A stretch of DNA of 64,000 bases, taken from Minisyncoccota bacterium. Its GTDB lineage: Bacteria > Patescibacteriota > Minisyncoccia > Phycocordibacterales > CAJBRS01. The stretch spans positions 117,666 to 181,665 of the forward strand of contig JADGRH010000006.1 of the NCBI GenBank assembly GCA_017881075.1, written 5' to 3'. The notes under the pieces are model-generated. The model was not told the DNA's origin. It did not search any database and worked only from the letters and a program-made list of their open reading frames with translations. Below are positions 58,250 to 64,000 of this stretch, one piece after another; within the stretch, counting starts at the first letter, position 1; the number at the start of each line of letters is the position of its first letter. A program made the translations under genes and the position numbers.

Positions 58250-58290
58250 AAGATTTTCATGCTACCATATTAAATATATATTTAGCAAAC

Positions 58291-58908
58291 ATGGATCCCA
58301 CCTCATTAATTTTTTCGATAATAATTCTGCTCCTATCCGTAATAATTCACGAGGTCTCACATGGCTATGCGGCTGAAGCTTTGGGCGATCCGACGGCGCG
58401 ATATGCTGGCAGATTAACCATGAACCCTATTCCACATCTTGATCTTTTCGGCTCAATTCTTTTACCTTTCCTTCTTGTCATTACCGGATCGCCATTTCTC
58501 ATTGGTTGGGCTAAACCCGTACCATACAATCCATACAATTTACGCAATCAACGCTGGGGAGAGGCAATTGTTGCTGGCGCTGGTCCGGCTGTTAATATCA
58601 TCATTGCTCTTTTCTTTGGCTTGATTCTCCGCTTTGCCACCCTCTCCCTTTCCGCGTCGCTTGTTAGTATTATGAGCACCATTGTTATCATCAACATTCT
58701 CCTCGCCGTTTTTAATCTTGTTCCTATTCCTCCCCTCGATGGTTCTAAGATTCTTTTTTCCATTTTGCCGTATGGCGCTCGAGGCATCCGCTTCGGCCTC
58801 GAGCGCTACGGCTTTGTTCTCGTCCTGATCTTTGTTTTCTTCTTATGGCAATACGTTTCGCCAGTAATTTTCCATATCTTTTCTTTTATTACGGGGATCC
58901 AGGGGTAG
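58291..58908 (+). CDS. Site-2 protease (M50) family
   Basis: HEVSH, AGP, FNLVPIPPLDG. Confidence 0.95.
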   Translation: MDPTSLIFSIIILLLSVIIHEVSHGYAAEALGDPTARYAGRLTMNPIPHLDLFGSILLPFLLVITGSPFLIGWAKPVPYNPYNLRNQRWGEAIVAGAGPAVNIIIALFFGLILRFATLSLSASLVSIMSTIVIINILLAVFNLVPIPPLDGSKILFSILPYGARGIRFGLERYGFVLVLIFVFFLWQYVSPVIFHIFSFITGIQG

Positions 58909-58920
58909 TCAGCCTCCAGC

Positions 58921-59011
58921 CGCATTAGTATTTCTTGCCTGCGGTGCGACGCTCTGGAAAAGGCAATTCTAGCAGTACTTTCGCTATCCTCGGCAGCGAA
59001 ATACTAATGCG
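58921..59011. repeat. Imperfect hairpin with 14-bp perfect arms
   Basis: CGCATTAGTATTTC / GAAATACTAATGCG. Confidence 0.85.
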
Positions 59012-59062
59012 ACTTCCGGCTTCCTTTCCACATCAGTGATAGTGATAGGTAATAAAAATGTA

Positions 59063-59144
59063 ACTTAAAGGACGAGGTGTTGCGAGCTTGACTCTGGGCG
59101 ACTTCTTGAGGTTTCCGAAAGAACGTCGAACGGAGGCATGCGAG
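59063..59144 (-). repeat. Structured intergenic repeat, copy E (inverted relative to D)
   Basis: Reverse complement of 57010-57091 with one mismatch. Confidence 0.95.
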
Positions 59145-59232
59145 CGGACACGATCTGTATTTACAAGGTTGCATTTTCTGCTTCTCTGTATTACATTATT
59201 ACCTACGCCACGAGGCGCATTTTCATTAAGAA

Positions 59233-59646
59233 ATGCCAACAATCAACCAACTAATCAAACGAAAAAGAACCAAACCGGTCCGCAAAGTGCGAGCGGTCGC
59301 TTTGACGCGCACATTTAATACTTTGGAAAATCGACCCGGCTACAACCCATCTCCATTCAAACGAGGTGTCTGTACTAAAGTGACGACCAAGACTCCGAAA
59401 AAGCCAAACTCCGCTATTCGAAAGATTGCTAGAGTACGACTCACTAACGGCCTGGAAGTGACGGCTTACATTCCCGGCGAAGGTCACAACTTGCAGGAAC
59501 ACTCCGTAGTCTTGCTTCGCTCCGGAAAAGTAAAAGACATCGGCGTACGCTACACCATCGTTCGCGGAGTACTCGATGCTACCGGTGTGGAAAAAAGACG
59601 AAAGGTTCGCAGTATGTATGGGACAAAGAAACCTAAAAAATCATAA
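59233..59646 (+). CDS. rpsL: 30S ribosomal protein S12
   Basis: [31 protein letters not shown]. Confidence 0.98.
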   Translation: MPTINQLIKRKRTKPVRKVRAVALTRTFNTLENRPGYNPSPFKRGVCTKVTTKTPKKPNSAIRKIARVRLTNGLEVTAYIPGEGHNLQEHSVVLLRSGKVKDIGVRYTIVRGVLDATGVEKRRKVRSMYGTKKPKKS

Positions 59647-59651
59647 TCTAA

Positions 59652-60122
59652 ATGCGAAGAAAAGTAAGAAATAGAAATATCGTTGGTCCGGATCCAACTT
59701 ATGAATCAGAGAAAGTCTCTAAGTTCATCAACTATTGCATGGAAAGAGGGAAGAAGAATGCCGCTCGTAAAGTAGTCTACGGCGCCATGGAAGCCATCAA
59801 AGAAAAGACTAAAACTGAGAATCCTATGGAAGTTTTTGACACTGCTCTAAAAAACACTGCTCCACAAATGGAAGTGCGATCTCGACGAGTGGGAGGCGCG
59901 AACTATCAAGTGCCACGGGAAGTGCGACCTGAAAGACGACAACAGCTCTCCATGCGATGGATTATTGATGCCGCCCGATCTAAAAAAGGCCAACCAATGC
60001 ATCTCAAATTAGCCGATGAATTGATTGCTGCCTCCAAAAACGAAGGCGAAGCTGTCAAGAAACGCGAAAATACTCACAAGATGGCCGAGGCCAACAAGGC
60101 TTTTGCCCATTTTGCGTGGTAA
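59652..60122 (+). CDS. rpsG: 30S ribosomal protein S7
   Basis: RRVGGANYQVP, HKMAEANKAFAH. Confidence 0.98.
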   Translation: MRRKVRNRNIVGPDPTYESEKVSKFINYCMERGKKNAARKVVYGAMEAIKEKTKTENPMEVFDTALKNTAPQMEVRSRRVGGANYQVPREVRPERRQQLSMRWIIDAARSKKGQPMHLKLADELIAASKNEGEAVKKRENTHKMAEANKAFAHFAW

Positions 60123-60184
60123 TTTTCGCTTATTGATAAATATCGTCCAAAAAAGATCAAAAGCCAAGTAATTTAGTAAATTAT

Positions 60185-60199
60185 CGAAGTCAGACTTCG
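60185..60199. repeat. GAAGTC-A-GACTTC palindrome between rpsG and inserted pilin-like gene
   Basis: CGAAGTCAGACTTCG. Confidence 0.85.
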
Positions 60200-60230
60200 T
60201 TAAATCTAGAATGTGTGGTATTGTGTAGCC

Positions 60231-60974
60231 ATGAAATCCACCCAAAAAGGCTTTATTATTCCACTTCTCGTCGCTATCATTGCTGTTCTTGCTATTGGTG
60301 GCGGGATATATGTCTATAGCCAGCATCAGAAGATTGCAGAGCAACAGGCGGAATTGAATACTAACGCAACGCTTAACACCGATAATAGCGGCCCAGTACC
60401 GACGTTGAGGAATTATGATAATTCAACAACTACGATTACTACAAGTGCTTCTACTAACACTTCGGTAAATGGATCTGCGAATGTTAATTCAAATCCACCT
60501 CCTCCCGTGGCTGACACAGATGAAAGTATCTTTAATCGTGTTCGGTTTACTTTACCATCATTCAATAATCCAAATATAACAAATAGTTTTAATTTCAGTG
60601 ATGAGGTGAATTATGATGGGCGTACTATAAAAATTGCTCGTCCAGAGAATGGTAGCGCATATACACTTAACAGGTTTATCATTGATATGAAATCGGCAAA
60701 AGCAGTTACTGAGATTAGATTAAATGGCGGCGCTACGGCAGGTATGGATTATCTTGTGCTGGTGTCAGATCTCGGCTCTGTTCCTAAACAAATTGCGTAT
60801 AAAATGATTTCTGCTGGTTATTCTGTGAGGGTAAATTCAATGAATTTTGCTGACGATGTTGTCACAGTGAATGTGACAATAGTTGCTCCCAACGGAAATG
60901 GCGTAGCTGGTCCTTTCGAGACCAAAAATTGGAAATTTTCTACCAAAAATAATACTATCATTCAAATACAATAG
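60231..60974 (+). CDS. Pilin-like (class III signal peptide) surface protein
   Basis: MKSTQKG|FIIPLLVAIIAVLAIGGG. Confidence 0.75.
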   Translation: MKSTQKGFIIPLLVAIIAVLAIGGGIYVYSQHQKIAEQQAELNTNATLNTDNSGPVPTLRNYDNSTTTITTSASTNTSVNGSANVNSNPPPPVADTDESIFNRVRFTLPSFNNPNITNSFNFSDEVNYDGRTIKIARPENGSAYTLNRFIIDMKSAKAVTEIRLNGGATAGMDYLVLVSDLGSVPKQIAYKMISAGYSVRVNSMNFADDVVTVNVTIVAPNGNGVAGPFETKNWKFSTKNNTIIQIQ

Positions 60975-61046
60975 TTAGTTTGCCAACCTTCCAGATAAAT
61001 GCTATTTTATTCTCACGGCTCGAGGAGTCGTTTTATTTAACTTTTT

Positions 61047-63188
61047 ATGAACAGAGATTATCCATTAGAAAGAGTCCGAAATTTCGGAATTATAGCCCAC
61101 ATCGACGCCGGAAAGACCACTACTTCCGAGCGTATTCTCTTTTACACCGGTGAATCGCATAAGATCGGCGAGGTGCATGAGGGAAATACTATCACCGACT
61201 GGATGGAACAGGAGCGTGAACGAGGAATTACTATTACCGCCGCCGCTATCACTTGTTTCTGGAATCCGACTTACATGGGCGCGGATGTTTCGCTCAAGAA
61301 CCGTTTTAATATTATTGACACCCCCGGCCACATCGATTTCACCGCCGAAGTGAAGCGATCACTGCGAGTCCTCGACGGCGCCGTCGTTGTTTTTGATGGC
61401 GTAGCTGGTGTAGAGCCTCAATCCGAGACTAACTGGCGATATGCCGACGACGGAAACGTGCCTCGTATCTGTTTCATCAATAAGCTTGATCGTATTGGTG
61501 GCAGTTTTGAACGCTCATTTCAGTCAATCCTTGATCGGCTGACCAAGAACGCTATTCGTATGCAGATCCCGATGGGAGTGGAAGATAAATTCGAAGGGGT
61601 GATTGATCTCCTGAAAATGAAGGCCTACTATTTTGAAGGCACAATGGGTATTCAGATCCGCGAAGCGGAAATCCCGCCTGAATATTTGGAAGAAGCGAAA
61701 AAATACCGTCACGAATTAATTGAAAAGATTGTTGAGCAAGACGATATTCTTATGAGTGCCTATCTCGAAGGAAAGGAGCCATCGTATGAGGATCTGAAAA
61801 AAACCTTGCGTAAAGCCACTATTGAGGTGAAGCTCGTTCCTGTTTTCACTGGTTCTGCCCTGAAGAACAAGGGGGTGCAACTTATCTTGGATGCCGTCGT
61901 TGATTATCTGCCATCGCCACTTGATATTCCGCCGGTTCGAGGTATTGATCCAAAAACAGGCGATGAAATGTTTCGCAAAGCTTCGGATGAAGAACCTTTT
62001 GCCGCACTTGCTTTCAAACTGCAATCCGATCCGTTTGTCGGCCAGCTAACATTCTTTCGTGTTTATTCCGGAACGATTGAAGCTGGTTCATATATTTATA
62101 ATGCAACTACCGGTGATAAAGAACGGCTCGGACGAATCGTGCGTCTGCAAGCTGATAAGCGTGAAGAGGTGAAGAAGGTCTTTTCCGGAGAGATTGCCGC
62201 CGCCGTTGGATTAAAAAGTGCTAGAACTTCCCATACTTTTTGTGACGAGAACAATCCAATCATCATTGATCCTATTAAATTCGTGGATCCGGTAGTATCG
62301 CTTCGCATTGAACCAAAGACTAAGGCGGATCAGGAAAAGATGGGCATGGCCATGAAGAAACTTTCGGATGAAGATCCTACTTTTAAAGTAAGCACCAATA
62401 CCGAGACGATGGAGACGATTATTTCCGGTATGGGCGAGCTTCATTTGGAAATTATGATTGATAGAATGAAGCGGGAATTCGGTGTGGAAGCTAATGTCGG
62501 TAAGCCGCAAGTAGCTTACAGAGAAACTATTACCGGCACGGCAGAAGCGGAACATAAATACATCAAACAATCCGGAGGAAAAGGTCAGTATGGTCACGTT
62601 AAGATCATTTTGAAACCGATGGAGCCAGTTGAAGAAGGAAAGAAAATTCCCAAAAATGTCAGCCGATATGACGATTTTGAATTCATTAACAGTATTAAAG
62701 GAGGAGTTATTCCGATTGAATTTATTCCAGCTGTGGAGAAAGGAGTGCGTGAAGCGATGGAGAGGGGAATCGTGGCCGGATTCAAGATGGTAAATGTTTC
62801 TTGCGATCTTATTTACGGCTCCTATCACGATGTGGACTCATCCGAAATTGCCTACAAAATTGCCGGCTCCCAAGCCTTTCAAGATGCTGCTAAGCGCGCA
62901 CGACCGGTAATTCTTGAACCAATTATGAAATTGGAAGTAATCGTTCCGGAAAAATTCATGGGCGACATTACCGGAAATCTCAATTCAAAACGAGCTCAAA
63001 TCGATGGTATGGAAGATCGTGGAATGTTAAAAGTCATCCGAGCAAGCGTTCCTCTTTCGGAAATGTTTGGCTACATCACCTCACTCCGCTCCATGACCGA
63101 AGGCCGCGGCTCGGCAAATATGGAATTTGATCACTATGAAGTTGTACCACCCCAAGTAGAAAAATCTATAGTTGAAGCGAGAAAATAA
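61047..63188 (+). CDS. fusA: Elongation factor G
   Basis: AHIDAGKTT, RGITI, DTPGH, NKLD, GMGELHL. Confidence 0.98.
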   Translation: MNRDYPLERVRNFGIIAHIDAGKTTTSERILFYTGESHKIGEVHEGNTITDWMEQERERGITITAAAITCFWNPTYMGADVSLKNRFNIIDTPGHIDFTAEVKRSLRVLDGAVVVFDGVAGVEPQSETNWRYADDGNVPRICFINKLDRIGGSFERSFQSILDRLTKNAIRMQIPMGVEDKFEGVIDLLKMKAYYFEGTMGIQIREAEIPPEYLEEAKKYRHELIEKIVEQDDILMSAYLEGKEPSYEDLKKTLRKATIEVKLVPVFTGSALKNKGVQLILDAVVDYLPSPLDIPPVRGIDPKTGDEMFRKASDEEPFAALAFKLQSDPFVGQLTFFRVYSGTIEAGSYIYNATTGDKERLGRIVRLQADKREEVKKVFSGEIAAAVGLKSARTSHTFCDENNPIIIDPIKFVDPVVSLRIEPKTKADQEKMGMAMKKLSDEDPTFKVSTNTETMETIISGMGELHLEIMIDRMKREFGVEANVGKPQVAYRETITGTAEAEHKYIKQSGGKGQYGHVKIILKPMEPVEEGKKIPKNVSRYDDFEFINSIKGGVIPIEFIPAVEKGVREAMERGIVAGFKMVNVSCDLIYGSYHDVDSSEIAYKIAGSQAFQDAAKRARPVILEPIMKLEVIVPEKFMGDITGNLNSKRAQIDGMEDRGMLKVIRASVPLSEMFGYITSLRSMTEGRGSANMEFDHYEVVPPQVEKSIVEARK

Positions 63189-63190
63189 AA

Positions 63191-63232
63191 AAGATAAAAG
63201 GGCGACCGCTACGCGGTCGCCCTTTTATCTTT
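63191..63232. terminator. Intrinsic terminator after fusA
   Basis: AAAGATAAAAGGGCGACCGC-TAC-GCGGTCGCCCTTTTATCTTT. Confidence 0.85.
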
Positions 63233-63333
63233 CCTTTAGCGAAAATTCATCTCGGATTAGTAGAATTACGGCAAATGATTGTCGATGTCATTTTGCCTTT
63301 GAGTTTACGTCTTTAATTGTGTATATTAATCAC

Positions 63334-63579
63334 ATGTCAAAAGAATTTGAATATAAAGTTGAATATGAAACCGATAAAGAGACCGGCCAGATCAGCGCTA
63401 CCATTCCGGAATTGAACTATCTATCCGATTACGGCGATACATTCGCCGAAGCGGAAGCCAACATTAAGGAGGCGGTAATAGGTTATCTGGAAGTCCTCCA
63501 GATGGAGAAGAGAGAAATTCCAAAGCCTGCCATAAGAAAAGAAGGCACTTATATAAAAATTTTGGTTCCAAGTCTATAA
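63334..63579 (+). CDS. hicB: HicB family antitoxin (short form)
   Basis: SATIPEL...DYGDTFAEAEANIKEAV; ATG 6 nt after TATATT. Confidence 0.88.
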   Translation: MSKEFEYKVEYETDKETGQISATIPELNYLSDYGDTFAEAEANIKEAVIGYLEVLQMEKREIPKPAIRKEGTYIKILVPSL

Positions 63580-63806
63580 TGCCAAAACTCGGGCGGCTCT
63601 CCGCTCGCAAAGTGCTTCAGAAGCTGAAACGGGCTGGCTTTATTGAAACACATCAGCGCGGCAGCCATTTATATTTGAAGAGTGCTAACGGCGCTCGAAT
63701 TACGACTGTGCCGATTCATGGTTCAAAAGATATTGATATTGGAACACTTCATAATATTGTAGTAAAACAGGCGGGGTTGTCTGTGGAAGAATTTAATGAA
63801 TTATAG
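63579..63806 (+). CDS. hicA: HicA family mRNA interferase toxin
   Basis: LKRAGF...QRGSH, TVPIHG.KDI..GTL..I; TAATG coupling to hicB. Confidence 0.92.
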   Translation: MPKLGRLSARKVLQKLKRAGFIETHQRGSHLYLKSANGARITTVPIHGSKDIDIGTLHNIVVKQAGLSVEEFNEL

Positions 63807-63847
63807 AAATAGCCGAACTTGACTTCTATCTAAAAGGAGCTAATTTA

Positions 63848-64000
63848 ATGATAGAAATTGTCATTATGAAAATACCATTTTTGGCTGTTTTAGTGGTTCC
63901 CTTCGGCATCATTGTTTGGGACATGTTTTCGGCTCGGCTAATCGCTAAGTACCGTCCACGTTTTGATCTTGTTTTGGAGAAAGACAAGGACTACAAAGTG
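63848..64000 (+). CDS. 5' end of a hypothetical membrane/exported protein (partial)
   Basis: Open frame to window end with hydrophobic N-terminus. Confidence 0.45.
   Translation, partial: MIEIVIMKIPFLAVLVVPFGIIVWDMFSARLIAKYRPRFDLVLEKDKDYKV

Noticed and set aside
25785-59144. Dispersed repeats as CRISPR array or integron attC sites
   Set aside because: Not regularly spaced, no spacers or cas genes; no RYYYAAC/GTTRRRY ends, and the recombinase looks like chromosomal Xer without the IntI insertion

Overview
This 64 kb window is ordinary chromosome of a reduced-genome bacterium, most likely Patescibacteria/Parcubacteria (CPR). That call is inferred from a trigger factor lacking the PPIase domain, split ComEC, the rpsO-NYN-pnp order, pilin-like orphans and near-absent Shine-Dalgarno sites. 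Housekeeping genes include rsmA, pcrA, comM, pnp, rpsO, a Xer-like recombinase, xth, cca, truD, HU, rny, clpP, rsmE, tig, ppa, nusA, tpiA, pgk, recJ, guaA, rnhA, sod, rpmB and rpsL-rpsG-fusA. There are four tRNAs, a type IV pilus locus and a hicB-hicA pair. Five things stand out. (1) A tandem array of four secreted peptidoglycan-binding proteins shares one N-terminal module but carries swapped C-terminal domains (RlpA-like, M15-like, a Cys-rich unknown domain). (2) A dispersed family of about 100-120 nt structured intergenic elements shows covarying stems, and two inverted pairs of them bracket genes. (3) A family of odd-length 13-bp palindromes marks gene junctions. (4) A probable replication origin with DnaA boxes and a parS cluster lies at 20.3-21.1 kb with no dnaA nearby. 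(5) Leaderless promoter architecture is pervasive. No transposase, CRISPR array, rRNA or prophage is visible. All family assignments come from motif recognition by eye, not database searches.
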